DNA from: Candidatus Omnitrophota bacterium
GTDB taxonomy: Bacteria > Omnitrophota > Gorgyraeia > Duberdicusellales > 4484-171
DNA: 64,000 bases
NCBI GenBank assembly: GCA_021735655.1
Contig: JAIPGM010000007.1
Coordinates: forward strand, 1-64,000
Reading direction: 5' to 3'
Shown here: positions 21,706-32,511 of the stretch, piece after piece
Layout of the letters: each line of letters opens with the position of its first letter
How positions within the stretch are numbered: the stretch's first letter is position 1
Made by a program: the position numbers and the translations under genes
Notes under the pieces: model-generated
Told to the model about the DNA's origin: nothing
Database searches by the model: none
What the model saw: only the letters and a program-made list of their open reading frames with translations

Positions 21706-22281
21706 TTAATTCTTATTTTGCTTAAGTAAATAATCAAACTCTACATTAAGTTGGGCTCCCGGTTTCTTATCCTGTAGAGTCGTATCACGATAAGTAAAAG
21801 GAATAATATCTAAAGTAAAATACTTTGGGTAGATCTTCTTTACAGTTAAAGAAATTCCCTCAACAGCAATAGAGCCATTTTCTAAAACTTTTGACTTAAA
21901 CCGGGATGGCAAATCTATCTCTACCTGCCAATAATCACCTTTTTTAATTATTCGTCTTAATTTTAGTTCGGTGTCGACATGACCTAAAACAAAATGACCA
22001 CCAAGTTTGTCTCCGGCTTTTAATGCTGGCTCCAAATTAACTAGATCACCTACTTTGAGACGCTTAAGATTAGTATTAGCCAAGGTTGAGGCAACAGCCT
22101 CAAAAAAAAGATCATTCTTAGATTTCTTAGTCAAAGTAAGACAAACTCCGTTAATTGCCATACTGTCAGAAACCTCAGCTTCCGAGGCTAATTTTTTTGA
22201 ACTAACCGCAATTACACTTAGCGAACTCTTTTTGCTAAATGCAGTAACCTTAACAACTTCTTTTATTATTCCAGTAAACAT
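21706..22281 (-). CDS. ribE: riboflavin synthase alpha subunit
   Basis: 191 aa. It shows duplicated lumazine-binding halves: MFTGII...INGVCLTL and GGHFVLGHVD...VEGISLTV. Confidence 0.85.
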   Translation of the reverse strand: MFTGIIKEVVKVTAFSKKSSLSVIAVSSKKLASEAEVSDSMAINGVCLTLTKKSKNDLFFEAVASTLANTNLKRLKVGDLVNLEPALKAGDKLGGHFVLGHVDTELKLRRIIKKGDYWQVEIDLPSRFKSKVLENGSIAVEGISLTVKKIYPKYFTLDIIPFTYRDTTLQDKKPGAQLNVEFDYLLKQNKN

Positions 22282-22443
22282 AATATTTTAGTTTAAATAT
22301 TTTTAAGTTAAAGCGATTATATCACATATTTTTAAGTTACCCAAAAGAGAAAATAACTTAGTCGGGCTTTAAAAAATAGCTTCTCTAACTACCTGCTATA
22401 TAGGCATTTATGAGTACAATCTTTGCAAAAAAATAACCCCGCG

Positions 22444-22478
22444 CCTATTGAAGCGCGGGGTCGAAATTTCATCGATGT
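22444..22478 (-). terminator. intrinsic terminator downstream of the lysine-rich micro-ORF
   Basis: The minus strand reads CCCCGCGC-TTCAATAG-GCGCGGGG followed by TTATTTTTTT: an 8-bp GC stem, an 8-nt loop and a T-run. Confidence 0.6.
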
Positions 22479-22527
22479 TTTTATTCGTAAGAAGTTAAAC
22501 AAAGGTTCTATTACCTTCGTCTATCAC

Positions 22528-22599
22528 TTATTTCTTTTTTTTCTTTGCTGCTTTTTTCTTTGCAGGTTTTTTCTTCTTTGCTGCTTTCTTCTTTGCCAT
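22528..22599 (-). CDS. 23-aa lysine/alanine-rich micro-ORF (MAKKKAAKKKKPAKKKAAKKKKK); not in ORF track
   Basis: ATG at 22599..22597 and TAA at 22530..22528. A strong RBS (GGGGGGTGA) lies 7-8 nt upstream. A putative promoter TTGACA-N17-TAAATT sits at 22684..22656 and an intrinsic terminator about 50 nt downstream. The plus-strand 71-aa track ORF over this region is its antisense artefact. Confidence 0.45.
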   Translation of the reverse strand: MAKKKAAKKKKPAKKKAAKKKKK

Positions 22600-22800
22600 G
22601 AAAATCACCCCCCTTTTTTATTCTCAACACTTTGTTAAGAAATACCTTATAATTCAATTTAACAAACTTATCACTCAATGTCAACACATTTTCGTGTTTT
22701 TTTTGATTTTTTAATGCGACTTAAATTTTTTGAAATTGCTATTCCGAAAAATTATTAGTTGAATTATTTTTCAAAGTCATTAAAAATGACTAAAAAAATA

Positions 22801-23190
22801 TTAGTGGGGTTTTTTAGGCTGGGCTTTTATCTTTCGAGGAATTTTAACGGTAACTTTTTTTGCTTTATCCCATAACCGTTCAAGATTGTAATATTCTCTA
22901 GCTTCATCGGTAAATATATGCAAGATGATATCGAAAAAATCAACCAAAACCCAATACGATGACTCATTAGCTTCAGAATGCTGAGCTCTCATATCACCTT
23001 CTTTGCAACTCCTGATAGTTTCTTCATGTATTGCCTTTACTTGCCGGGTTGAATCTCCGGAACAGATAATAAAATAATCACAAAGACCGCTAAAATTGTG
23101 CACATCTAGAATAACTATATCTTTAGCCTTTTTTTCACTAATAATTTCAACGATTCTAGCAAGCTTTTCTTTAATTTTTAAAGTAGTCAT
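22801..23190 (-). CDS. rsfS: ribosomal silencing factor RsfS (Iojap family)
   Basis: 129 aa. The sequence DIVILDVHNFSGLCDYFIICSGDSTRQVKAI is typical of RsfS. It has a basic C-terminal tail. Confidence 0.8.
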   Translation of the reverse strand: MTTLKIKEKLARIVEIISEKKAKDIVILDVHNFSGLCDYFIICSGDSTRQVKAIHEETIRSCKEGDMRAQHSEANESSYWVLVDFFDIILHIFTDEAREYYNLERLWDKAKKVTVKIPRKIKAQPKKPH

Positions 23191-23192
23191 AA

Positions 23193-24452
23193 CTAACTAA
23201 TCAGCCTCCTTATTTGACTATCTAAGCCTTCTTTGATATTGCCGACGCAAGAAACACAAACCCGATCAAAGCTAAATAAATCTTTAACTAGCTGCCTTAT
23301 TTGACTGGCACTAACAGCTTCAATCTTCTTTTTTAAAGCTAGAAAACTATCAATTTCTCCAAGATTAATATAACTCTGAGCAGCGTAGCCCATCCGCCCT
23401 TGCGACGTCTCAAGAGCCATGGCAATCTGGCCCAACAAATAATCTTTAGCTCGTGACAACTCTTTAGCCGGCACCTCTTTTTGCTTTAAACGATTAAGCT
23501 GGGCTAAAATCACTTTAATTGCTAACTCTACCTTACTGGCGTCTAGACCTAGATGAATTAAAAAACCACCACTATCCTTATAAGACCTAGCTTCAGTAGA
23601 AATATCGTAGCAAAGTGATCTTTTTTCACGTAATTCTTCAAACAAGCGACTACTCATGTTGGCACCTAAAATAACATTAAGCAAACGCAAAACCATCCGC
23701 TCCCGACTCATATAAGGAACCCCTCTAAAGCCCAAATAAAGATGAGCTTGCTCATAAGGTTTTTTCTCAATAGCAATGCGTACACCGCTTAAAGGCTTAG
23801 GTTTAGGGCTGGCTAAATTAACCTTAGCCTTTGAGCCCTTAGCTCTTGCCTTAATGATGTCTAAAACTTCCCGCCGGGGAAAAGCCCCAGAAAGCGATAT
23901 AACTGTATTACTCGGAGCATAGTATTTATTTCTAAAAGCCTTCAGATCGCTCTCTAGAACATTGTTAACTGTCTGGGTAGTACCAATAACATCTTCACCT
24001 AAAGCATGCCCCTTCCAAAGTAAACTTTCAACAAGCATCCCTGCTCGAGCCGAAGGAAGATCGTTATACATCTTTATCTCTTGTAAAATTACTTTTCGTT
24101 CTTTCTGAATATCAAAAGGCCTAAATAGTGGGTTTTGCACCATATCTAAAAGAATATCTAAGGTCTGAGTAAAGTTTTTCTTAAGAAAATTAGCATGATA
24201 AGCAGTTAACTCTTGGGAAGTAAAAGCATTCAGCAACCCGCCGCGACCCTCGATTTCCTGTTTTATCTTACGATGAGTATAGTTTTTAGTCCCCTTAAAA
24301 ACCATATGTTCTAGAAAGTGGGCAATACCTTTAAGCCTCTTTTCTTCAAAACGCGAACCAATACGTAAAAAAATCCCCAAAGATGCTGTCTCCATATTGT
24401 CTAAAGGGGAAAATACAAAGGTTAGGTTATTGACTGGAATTATTTCATACAT
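23193..24452 (-). CDS. M16-family zinc metallopeptidase (insulinase-like)
   Basis: 419 aa with an inverted zincin motif HFLEHMVFKGT (HxxEH) near the N-terminus. Confidence 0.8.
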   Translation of the reverse strand: MYEIIPVNNLTFVFSPLDNMETASLGIFLRIGSRFEEKRLKGIAHFLEHMVFKGTKNYTHRKIKQEIEGRGGLLNAFTSQELTAYHANFLKKNFTQTLDILLDMVQNPLFRPFDIQKERKVILQEIKMYNDLPSARAGMLVESLLWKGHALGEDVIGTTQTVNNVLESDLKAFRNKYYAPSNTVISLSGAFPRREVLDIIKARAKGSKAKVNLASPKPKPLSGVRIAIEKKPYEQAHLYLGFRGVPYMSRERMVLRLLNVILGANMSSRLFEELREKRSLCYDISTEARSYKDSGGFLIHLGLDASKVELAIKVILAQLNRLKQKEVPAKELSRAKDYLLGQIAMALETSQGRMGYAAQSYINLGEIDSFLALKKKIEAVSASQIRQLVKDLFSFDRVCVSCVGNIKEGLDSQIRRLIS

Positions 24453-25225
24453 AGGCTTGCTGTGTAACGCTCAAGACGCCTCAAAAAGTCTTTCTTGTCA
24501 TAGTTTCCTTCGATAAACTTAACTATACTACTGCCAACAATTGCTCCGTCTGAAAACTTATTAACTTCGGCAACCTGTTTTGCTGAATGTATCCCAAAAC
24601 CAACACAAACCGGCAAGTTTGACAATTTCTTTATGCCCTTTATCTGTTTAGTAATTGCACCATAAGCGATATCCTTAGGCCCGGTTATTCCAGTTATTGA
24701 AATATAATAAATAAATCCTTTAGTTGAACGAACTATTCTTTTTATCCGTTCTTTATCGGTCGTCGGGGTAATAAAAAAGATCGTATCGATATCATACTTC
24801 CTGGCTTGCTTTAGGTATTCATCCGACTCTTCAAGCGGTAAATCTACAACCAATACCGCTGAAACCTTATATTTTTTTAGTTGTTTAAAAAACTGACTTA
24901 TTCCGAACTTAAAAATAGGATTATAATAAGTCATAACCGCAACCGGTATGGTCAAAACCTTATCTAGACTTCCTAGGCAGCTAAAAAACTTATCGATATT
25001 TGCACCGTTAGCTAAAGCCTTAGTAGTTGCAGCCTGAATTATTGGGCCATCAGCCAAAGGATCAGAAAAAGGAATACCTAGCTCAATTACATCAGCACCA
25101 CCACGCTCCAAGCTAAGACAGATATTCTTGGTTGCCGAAGGATTAGGAAAACCGAAAGGGACATAAGCAATGAAAGCTCCCCGGTTTTCTTTTTTTAGTT
25201 GTTTAAATTTATCTTTTAGTCGCAT
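24440..25225 (-). CDS. trpA: tryptophan synthase alpha subunit
   Basis: 261 aa TIM-barrel with the blocks ELGIPFSDPLADGPIIQ and GFGI. Confidence 0.85.
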   Translation of the reverse strand: MRLKDKFKQLKKENRGAFIAYVPFGFPNPSATKNICLSLERGGADVIELGIPFSDPLADGPIIQAATTKALANGANIDKFFSCLGSLDKVLTIPVAVMTYYNPIFKFGISQFFKQLKKYKVSAVLVVDLPLEESDEYLKQARKYDIDTIFFITPTTDKERIKRIVRSTKGFIYYISITGITGPKDIAYGAITKQIKGIKKLSNLPVCVGFGIHSAKQVAEVNKFSDGAIVGSSIVKFIEGNYDKKDFLRRLERYTASLCMK

Positions 25226-26412
25226 TACTTGCGCTGCTTTTTTTGATTATATTCTTTAATAATATCTAAATCCTTATCGCCGCGGCCAGAAAGGCAAACA
25301 ATCACTGTTTTTCCCTTATTTTTTTTAGCCAAAGGCTTTAAGTAATAAATAGCATGTGCGCTTTCAAGAGCTGGGATTATCCCCTCTAGTTCAGAAAGAA
25401 ACCTAAAGCCCTCAACGGCCTGATCATCAGAAACAGCTTCATACTTAGCACGCTTACTTACCTTATAGTAAGAGTGCTCTGGGCCAACCCCGGGATAATC
25501 TAAACCAGGGGCTACTGAATGAGCATTTTTAATCTGGCCAAACTCATCTTGCAAGACATAAGAAAGTGACCCTTGAAAAACTCCCGGTTCACCTTTAACT
25601 AGTGATGCTGAATGATACCCCCCCAAGCCAAAGCCAGCAGCTTCAACGCCAATAAACTTAACCTGTTTATCAGCAAAAAAAGGATAGAAAAGTCCGATTG
25701 AGTTGCTACCGCCGCCAACACAGGCAAGCAGATAATCAGGAAGCCTACCCTCTTTTTTCAATATCTGGCTTCTAGCTTCAATACCAATCGGAGCCTGGAA
25801 ATCTCTAACCATCATCGGATAGGGATGTGGACCAACTGCTGAACCTAAGAGATAATAAGTTGTTCGCACATTAGTTACCCAATCACGAAAAGCTTCATTG
25901 CAGGCATCTTTTAAGGTCTTTGAGCCGCTTTCAACCGGAATAACATTTGCTCCCAAAACCTTCATCCTCAAAACATTCATCTGCTGTCGCTTAACATCCT
26001 CAGCGCCCATATAAATATCACAATCCAAAGATAAAAGCGAACAAACTGTAGCTACGGCAACGCCATGTTGACCAGCGCCAGTTTCAGCAATTACCCGATG
26101 CTTACCCATATGTTTTGCTAATAAAGCCTGACCGAGAGCATTATTAATCTTATGCGCTCCAGTATGTAAAAGATCCTCTCGTTTCAAATATACCTTAAGG
26201 CCCAGCTGTTTACTGATCCGCTGAGCAAAATATAAAGGCGTTGGTCTTCCGGCATATTCATTCAAGTAAAAGCTTAAGCTCTGCTTAAATTTGCTATCTC
26301 GCTTATAGCTATTGTAGGCATTCTCAAGTTCCTTTAAACAAACCGAAAGCGTCTCGGGAATATATTTTCCACCAAAAGCTCCAAAATATCCTTTCTTGTT
26401 CGGTAAGCTCAT
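25225..26412 (-). CDS. trpB: tryptophan synthase beta subunit
   Basis: 395 aa with the PLP-Lys region [18 protein letters not shown] and the block [10 protein letters not shown]. Confidence 0.9.
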   Translation of the reverse strand: MSLPNKKGYFGAFGGKYIPETLSVCLKELENAYNSYKRDSKFKQSLSFYLNEYAGRPTPLYFAQRISKQLGLKVYLKREDLLHTGAHKINNALGQALLAKHMGKHRVIAETGAGQHGVAVATVCSLLSLDCDIYMGAEDVKRQQMNVLRMKVLGANVIPVESGSKTLKDACNEAFRDWVTNVRTTYYLLGSAVGPHPYPMMVRDFQAPIGIEARSQILKKEGRLPDYLLACVGGGSNSIGLFYPFFADKQVKFIGVEAAGFGLGGYHSASLVKGEPGVFQGSLSYVLQDEFGQIKNAHSVAPGLDYPGVGPEHSYYKVSKRAKYEAVSDDQAVEGFRFLSELEGIIPALESAHAIYYLKPLAKKNKGKTVIVCLSGRGDKDLDIIKEYNQKKQRK

Positions 26413-27041
26413 CTTTTAACCTTCTCAATAAATTCTTTAATTAGCTGTTCATCCTTTTTACCAACCAACTTCTCAATGCCGCTAGCAACATCTATAGCAT
26501 AAGGTTTAAGTTTTTTTATTTTAATAACATTATTAACATTAAGGCCGCCGGAAATTATCACCGGTTCACCCCTTTTAATAAGCTTTGAAATGCCGGCTAA
26601 AATGCTTTCTGAAAGAAAGTTGACCCCACTCTTTTTTTGTTCATATTTTACATCAAACATATTAGCATCTACCTTATAGCCTGATATTTTCTTCAAGTCA
26701 GCTGAATTTTGCGGAAAAAATACCTTTACCAATTTAAACTTTTTAGCGAAAAAACGACAGTAACTGGCTGATTCTGAACCATGGAACTGTAAAACATCCA
26801 GATTAAGCTTAGTGGCAATATCAAAAACTGCTTTTGGTTCCTGATCAAGAAATACCCCAACCTTGGTTAAGAAAGGATCAAGTCGAGTTATAATCTTCTT
26901 TGCTGCTGACTCACTTATATAGCGTGGGCTTTTCTTAGAAAAAATAAACCCCAAAGCATCAGCTCCTAAACTTGAAGCCAACAGCGCATCTTCTAAATTA
27001 GTAATTCCGCAAATTTTTACTTTAACCATCTTCGGCGTCAA
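26409..27041 (-). CDS. trpF: phosphoribosylanthranilate isomerase
   Basis: 210 aa with VKICGIT and QFHGSE, typical of TrpF. Confidence 0.8.
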   Translation of the reverse strand: MTPKMVKVKICGITNLEDALLASSLGADALGFIFSKKSPRYISESAAKKIITRLDPFLTKVGVFLDQEPKAVFDIATKLNLDVLQFHGSESASYCRFFAKKFKLVKVFFPQNSADLKKISGYKVDANMFDVKYEQKKSGVNFLSESILAGISKLIKRGEPVIISGGLNVNNVIKIKKLKPYAIDVASGIEKLVGKKDEQLIKEFIEKVKR

Positions 27042-27810
27042 TATGCAGTTCTTTTAACTTCTCTTGGATATTTTCAGCACGCATTAAAGCTTCCCCAACC
27101 AAAACAGCATTAACCCCTAAGCCCTTAAGCACCAACATATCTTTTAAGGTTTTTATGCCGCTTTCACTAACCTTTACGATCCCTTCAGGAACAAACGGTA
27201 TGAGTTTTTTAGGCCGCTCAATATTAACTTCAAAAGTATGTAAGTTTCGACTATTTATTCCGATAATATCCACCCCTAGATTAAGGGCCTTCTTTAATTC
27301 TTTCTCGCTATGGACCTCAACTATAACATCCATATTCAGCTCTTTGGCTAAATCATACAGCTCTTTTACTTTCACCTCATCGAGAATCGCCATAATTAAT
27401 AAAATAGCGTCTGCACCGACTGTTCGTGACTCTAAAATCTGTACCTCTTCAATTATAAAATCTTTGCGCAAAATCGGCAGGCTAATTTGCTTTCTGATTT
27501 CTTCGATATAGTTGATCTTTCCCAAAAAGAAATCCTCTTCAGTAACTACTGAAAGCGCATTAGCACCCCCATCCTTAAATATCTTGGCTAGTTCTAAAGC
27601 TGAAAAGTCTTTACGCAATATTCCGGCTGAAGGAGAAGCTTGTTTGATTTCAGCAATAAACGAAACCTTATCTTTACGATTTATTGCATCTTTGAACGAT
27701 AGCGGCTGAGGAGCTTTTTTAATTAAAGACTCAAAAACCTCACGGTTTTTGCGTAAAACTTGGACCCTTCTTTTTTTGGCCTCTAAGATAAGTGATAATG
27801 TCTTATGCAT
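27022..27810 (-). CDS. trpC: indole-3-glycerol phosphate synthase
   Basis: 262 aa with FIAEIKQASPSAG, LSVVTEEDFF, IINEV-equivalent and GINSRNL blocks. Confidence 0.85.
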   Translation of the reverse strand: MHKTLSLILEAKKRRVQVLRKNREVFESLIKKAPQPLSFKDAINRKDKVSFIAEIKQASPSAGILRKDFSALELAKIFKDGGANALSVVTEEDFFLGKINYIEEIRKQISLPILRKDFIIEEVQILESRTVGADAILLIMAILDEVKVKELYDLAKELNMDVIVEVHSEKELKKALNLGVDIIGINSRNLHTFEVNIERPKKLIPFVPEGIVKVSESGIKTLKDMLVLKGLGVNAVLVGEALMRAENIQEKLKELHIDAEDG

Positions 27811-28846
27811 TGGTTTCTAAAAAATTCTTAAATTCAAGATATTTAGCCTTAGCTTTACCTTGATCTATCAATTGAGCAGCCTGGGCTACGCCCTGCTTAA
27901 AGTTATCTACCTTAGCTAAGATATAAAGACAAGCTGAAGCATTAGCTAAAACAATATCCCGAGAAGCCCCCTTTTTTCCAGCCAAAACATCCCTAATCAT
28001 TTGGGCTGAGATGTCAGGCCGATCAGCTAGAATATCAGAAACTCTGATCTTCTTTAAGCCAAAGCTAGCCGGTGATAAGGTTAATTTAGTTATTTTTTTA
28101 TTATTCAAAAAAGCACTTTCAGTTTTTCCGGTAAGCGATATCTCATCTTTTAAATCTTTACCATAAACTACCATTGCTCTTTTTGAACCCAACTGTCTCA
28201 ACACTTTAGCCAAAGGTACAACTAAATCCGGGCTGTAAACTCCGAGCAATTGATGGTTAGCTTGAGCCGGATTACAAAGCGGACCCAAAATGTTAAAAAT
28301 CGTCCGAATCCCCATTTCTCTTCTTATCTTAGCTACCTCACCTAGGGCCGGATGATATAAAGGTGCATACAAAAATGCAATTCCACATTTTTTTAAAGCC
28401 TGCTCCATCACTTCCGCTTTAGCAGAAATATTGATACCTAAGGCCTCTAGAACATCGGCACTGCCGCAAGATGAAGACATTGCCCTATTACCATGTTTAG
28501 CCACGATTGTGCCCGATGAAGCTATCACAAAGCTAACCGCAGTCGAAATATTAAACTTATTAAGGCCAGAGCCTCCAGTTCCACAAGTATCGATTATCGG
28601 CTGGCTATTTATGTCTTGGCCAATGAGATCTTTTCCGATATTTATCTTATTGGCATGACTTCGGACAACAGTCGCAGCTGCTGATATCTCCGATTCTTTC
28701 TCACCCTTTATCTTTAAGGCTGTTAAAAAAGCCGCTATCTGTGAGCTCTCAGCCTTATGGTTAAATATCTGCTCAAAAACAGCCTTGGTTTGATCAAAAC
28801 TTAAATCTTGGCCATTAACTAAAGCATTGATTGCTTCTTTAATCAT
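27803..28846 (-). CDS. trpD: anthranilate phosphoribosyltransferase
   Basis: 347 aa with IIDTCGTGGSG and AKHGNRA blocks. Confidence 0.85.
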   Translation of the reverse strand: MIKEAINALVNGQDLSFDQTKAVFEQIFNHKAESSQIAAFLTALKIKGEKESEISAAATVVRSHANKINIGKDLIGQDINSQPIIDTCGTGGSGLNKFNISTAVSFVIASSGTIVAKHGNRAMSSSCGSADVLEALGINISAKAEVMEQALKKCGIAFLYAPLYHPALGEVAKIRREMGIRTIFNILGPLCNPAQANHQLLGVYSPDLVVPLAKVLRQLGSKRAMVVYGKDLKDEISLTGKTESAFLNNKKITKLTLSPASFGLKKIRVSDILADRPDISAQMIRDVLAGKKGASRDIVLANASACLYILAKVDNFKQGVAQAAQLIDQGKAKAKYLEFKNFLETNA

Positions 28847-29409
28847 AGCTTTAAGAAGTTTTTAAGTATTTTTTTACCTTCTTTAGTTAAAATAGACTCA
28901 GGATGAAACTGAACTCCATAAAGAGGAAAATCATCCATCTTAACTCCCATTATTATACCATCTTTAGTTTGAGCGGTAATAGTTAAATTTTCTGGCAAAG
29001 TCTTTTTATCAATCAAAAGCGAATGATAACGAGTAGCTAAAAAGGGATTCTTAACTGCCTTAAAAATCCCCTTTTTGTTGTGATAAACTAATGAGGTTTT
29101 ACCATGCATTATTTTTCTAGCTCTGACTATCTTAGCACCAAAACAAGAACCAATACATTGATGCCCCAAGCAAACTCCTAAAATTGGCACTTTTTTATAA
29201 AAATAGCTAATTAATTCACAACTTATTCCGGCATCTTTGGGCTGGCCCGGACCGGGAGAAATAACTATTCGGTCGAATTTCAACCTTTTTAACTTTGACA
29301 AGCTAACAGCATCATTTCGAAACACCTGGGTATCAGCGCCAAGTTCTTGTAAATATTGAACCAAGTTATAGGTAAAAGAATCATAATTATCTATGATCAG
29401 CACTTTCAT
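28843..29409 (-). CDS. trpG: anthranilate synthase component II / class I glutamine amidotransferase (TrpG/PabA)
   Basis: 188 aa. Blocks IIDNYDSFTYNL, catalytic GVCLGHQ and the C-terminal HPES are present. Confidence 0.8.
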   Translation of the reverse strand: MKVLIIDNYDSFTYNLVQYLQELGADTQVFRNDAVSLSKLKRLKFDRIVISPGPGQPKDAGISCELISYFYKKVPILGVCLGHQCIGSCFGAKIVRARKIMHGKTSLVYHNKKGIFKAVKNPFLATRYHSLLIDKKTLPENLTITAQTKDGIIMGVKMDDFPLYGVQFHPESILTKEGKKILKNFLKL

Positions 29410-30668
29410 TGTTTTTCTCGCTTTATCTTTGCTCCAGCCTTTCTTAATTTATGCTCTATCTGCTCATAACCGCGATCAATATGATAAACTCTTGAAACTT
29501 CGGTCTTACCTTTGGCTGCTAAACCAGCAATTACCAAGGCTGCCGAAGCCCTTAAATCAGAAGCCATAATTTCTGCCCCGTAAAGGCTGCCTTTGCCTTC
29601 AATAATGGCATAAGGTCCACTCCGCTGGATCGCCGCACCCATCCGATTTAATTCAGCCACGTGCATAAATCGATCAGGATAAATCTTCTCATTGATTAAG
29701 GATGTTCCCTTGGCTAAGCAAAGACAAGCCATAAACTGAGCCTGAAGATCAGTGGGGAATCCCGGGTAAGCAAGGGTTGTTATATTTACCGGCTCTAGCC
29801 TTGCCTTAGGTTTAACCACTAGCGAAGAACCATCACAAATTGTAATCTGAGACCCAATACTTCTAGCTGTATCAATAACCGAAGTCAAATGAGTTGGGTT
29901 TACTCCCTCTATTTTAAGCTCAGAACCAGTTGCTAAGCTCGCAGCAATAAAAGTTCCAGCTTCAATTCTATCCGGAATAACTCTAAATTTACAGCCACCA
30001 AGCTCCTTAACTCCTTTTATTCTTATTAAAGGCGATCCTTCTCCTTTAATCTCTGCTCCCATTTTCCTTAAAAATGAAGCTAAGCACTCTATCTCTGGCT
30101 CGCAAGCCGCATACTCAATTATGGTTTCACCATCGGCCAAGGTAGCGGCCATTAATACATTTGCGGTAGCTAAAACTGAAGATCCAAAAGCTCCACCCAA
30201 ATAAATATGCTCACCGTTTAACTTCTTAGCCTTAGCCTGACAATAGCCCTGTTCAATAAAAATATCAGCCCCGAGCTGTTTTAATCCTTTTATATGTAAA
30301 TCTACCGGTCTTGGTCCAATAACGCAACCACCGGGCAAGGCTACTTTTGCCTTTTTGCGTTTAGCTAAAAGCGGCCCTAGACAACAAAAAGAAGCCCGCA
30401 TTGTCCGAACCAAACGATAAGGAGCCACAAAAGACTTATTCGGCTTAGCCTTAATAACTAAATTACTATTTTCAAAGCTTATTTTTTTGCCCAAGCCTTC
30501 AAGAATTCCAATCATGGTTCGAATATCCCGAAGCTCGGGCACATTCTCGATTAGGCAATCTTGATCGGTAAGAATAGTTGCGGCCATTATCGGCAAAGCT
30601 GCATTCTTGGAACCGCTCACCTTTATACTTCCTGAAAGTTGGGATTGATGAATTACAAACTTATCCAT
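29406..30668 (-). CDS. murA: UDP-N-acetylglucosamine 1-carboxyvinyltransferase
   Basis: 420 aa with SGSKNAALPIMAA and the active-site Cys region PGGCVIGPRPVDLH. Confidence 0.9.
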   Translation of the reverse strand: MDKFVIHQSQLSGSIKVSGSKNAALPIMAATILTDQDCLIENVPELRDIRTMIGILEGLGKKISFENSNLVIKAKPNKSFVAPYRLVRTMRASFCCLGPLLAKRKKAKVALPGGCVIGPRPVDLHIKGLKQLGADIFIEQGYCQAKAKKLNGEHIYLGGAFGSSVLATANVLMAATLADGETIIEYAACEPEIECLASFLRKMGAEIKGEGSPLIRIKGVKELGGCKFRVIPDRIEAGTFIAASLATGSELKIEGVNPTHLTSVIDTARSIGSQITICDGSSLVVKPKARLEPVNITTLAYPGFPTDLQAQFMACLCLAKGTSLINEKIYPDRFMHVAELNRMGAAIQRSGPYAIIEGKGSLYGAEIMASDLRASAALVIAGLAAKGKTEVSRVYHIDRGYEQIEHKLRKAGAKIKREKQ

Positions 30669-30682
30669 CGGTTATATTTTGA

Positions 30683-31471
30683 CTACCTATTCTTTAAAAC
30701 GATCCCTCGAAAATGACCAGAATAATCTTTGATTGATTCAACTATTTCGTATGAGTTAAGCCGGTTAATATACTCATCAAGAATATTCTTATGTTTATAA
30801 CCAATCTCAATGATCAGATAACCTTCATTCCTTAGGCAACCTTTAGCTTGCTTGAGAATCTTTTTAATAACCCCTAATCCGTCACTGCCGCCGGATAAAG
30901 CCGCACGAGGCTCATAGTTAAGTGTACCTCCTATGGCTTCATCTTCAACATAGGGAGGGTTGCTGACGATTAAATCAAAACTGTTTCGCTCAAAACCAGT
31001 TAATAAGTCTGTCTGAATGAAATTAATATTAACCTTATGCTTCTTAGCATTTAACTCGGCTACTTTAAGGGCCTCAAGGCTACAATCAGAAGCAACGATT
31101 GATAAATCCCTAGAAAGTGAATTCTTGATAGCTATTGCAATATTTCCCGAACCACAGCATAAATCTAGCACTGAGCTTAAATCTTGAGTATTAACTAATT
31201 CTATTGCCTTCTCAACAATTAGCTCAGTTTCCGGCCGAGGAATTAAAACATCCGGCGATATATCAAACTCATAGCCAAAAAACTCTTCTTTACCTAAAAT
31301 ATAAGCCAAGGGCATGCCTTGGGCGTAAGCCTTACATATTCTTTCCAATTCGGAATCATCTTTCCCCAAGCTATGCTTTAGGAGAAAGCGTAAGTCCCGA
31401 TCATTGAAATCAGCCCGATACTCTTTAAGCCAATCCTTTAGCTTCATAAATTTTTTTTCTTTCCTCAGCAA
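30683..31471 (-). CDS. prmC: release factor glutamine N5-methyltransferase PrmC (HemK)
   Basis: 262 aa with [12 protein letters not shown] and the NPPY motif (VSNPPYV). It lies downstream of prfA. Confidence 0.8.
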   Translation of the reverse strand: MLRKEKKFMKLKDWLKEYRADFNDRDLRFLLKHSLGKDDSELERICKAYAQGMPLAYILGKEEFFGYEFDISPDVLIPRPETELIVEKAIELVNTQDLSSVLDLCCGSGNIAIAIKNSLSRDLSIVASDCSLEALKVAELNAKKHKVNINFIQTDLLTGFERNSFDLIVSNPPYVEDEAIGGTLNYEPRAALSGGSDGLGVIKKILKQAKGCLRNEGYLIIEIGYKHKNILDEYINRLNSYEIVESIKDYSGHFRGIVLKNR

Positions 31472-32495
31472 TTAAGCGATCAGTAACTTCATCGAGATTT
31501 CCCTCTAAGACAGCTTCAAGTTTATAAAGAGTAAAATTTATCCGATGATCAGTGACTCTTCTCTCAGGAAAATTATAAGTACGTATTTTTTCACTACGAT
31601 CACCAGTGCCAACTTGGGTACGACGAGCCTCGGTCATCTTATTAGTTTCATCACGCATCATCTTTTCCATTATTCGAGCCTTAATAACTCGCAAAGCTTT
31701 GGCTCGGTTTTTAATTTGCGATCGTTCATCCTGACAAGTTACTATAACTCCACTCGGAATATGGGTCATACGTACTGCTGAGTCAGTAACGTTTACGTGC
31801 TGACCGCCGGCACCAGAAGCCCGATAAGTATCTACTTTTAAATCTTCAGGGTTTATCTTCAACTCAACCTCTTTTGGCTCAACTAAAACTGCTACCGTAG
31901 CGGTTGAAGTATGGATTCTACCTCCGCTTTCAGTAGTTGGGACTCGCTGAACCCGATGTACGCCGCTTTCAAATTTAAGATGCTGCCAAGCTCCTTTTCC
32001 TTTTAGCGAAAAGTAAATTTCTTTAAGCCCGCCGATTCCGGTAAGATGCGAACTTAGAATCTCTTGTTTCCATCCTTTAGACTCAGCATACCTAGAATAC
32101 ATATTAAACAAAGTTGCGCCAAAAAGAGCAGCTTCATCTCCTCCAGCAGCCGAGCGTATCTCAATAATTACGTCACGGTCGGGCTGATCGGCTTCAAAAA
32201 TCTTATCTTCAATTTCCCGATCAAGCTCAACTAGCTTTTGCTTTAACTCTTTTAACTCTTCACTAGCCATAGCTCTCATCTCTTCAGATTCCGAACTATC
32301 AGAAGAAATCTGGGAAAGATGTTCCTTCTCTTTAAGATGCTTGTCTCGAGTTTCCGAAAGCTTGATGATTTTTTCTAGGTAGGAAAATCTCTTAGCCAAT
32401 TTAGTGTACTCTTCTCTCTTTTTCAGCAAATCCTGAGAAGAAAGTTCTTTAGCAATTTTCTTATGCTCTTCTTTTAATTTATCAAAGTTAATCAT
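31425..32495 (-). CDS. prfA: peptide chain release factor 1
   Basis: 356 aa. It has a PxT tripeptide region (VPTTES) and the GGQ motif in [23 protein letters not shown]. Confidence 0.9.
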   Translation of the reverse strand: MINFDKLKEEHKKIAKELSSQDLLKKREEYTKLAKRFSYLEKIIKLSETRDKHLKEKEHLSQISSDSSESEEMRAMASEELKELKQKLVELDREIEDKIFEADQPDRDVIIEIRSAAGGDEAALFGATLFNMYSRYAESKGWKQEILSSHLTGIGGLKEIYFSLKGKGAWQHLKFESGVHRVQRVPTTESGGRIHTSTATVAVLVEPKEVELKINPEDLKVDTYRASGAGGQHVNVTDSAVRMTHIPSGVIVTCQDERSQIKNRAKALRVIKARIMEKMMRDETNKMTEARRTQVGTGDRSEKIRTYNFPERRVTDHRINFTLYKLEAVLEGNLDEVTDRLIAEERKKIYEAKGLA

Positions 32496-32511
32496 TCGAA
32501 ATTTCGACGCC

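Noticed and set aside
22423-22638. Plus-strand 71-aa ORF (Cys/Phe/Leu-rich)
   Set aside because: It is the antisense of the lysine-codon run of the minus-strand micro-ORF (TTT/CTT repeats). The minus-strand gene has an RBS, promoter and terminator. The plus-strand frame has none.
22767-22781. Palindrome GTCATTaaaAATGAC just downstream of rsfS
   Set aside because: It is short, AT-rich and not followed by a T-run on the coding strand. That is insufficient for a terminator or an operator call.
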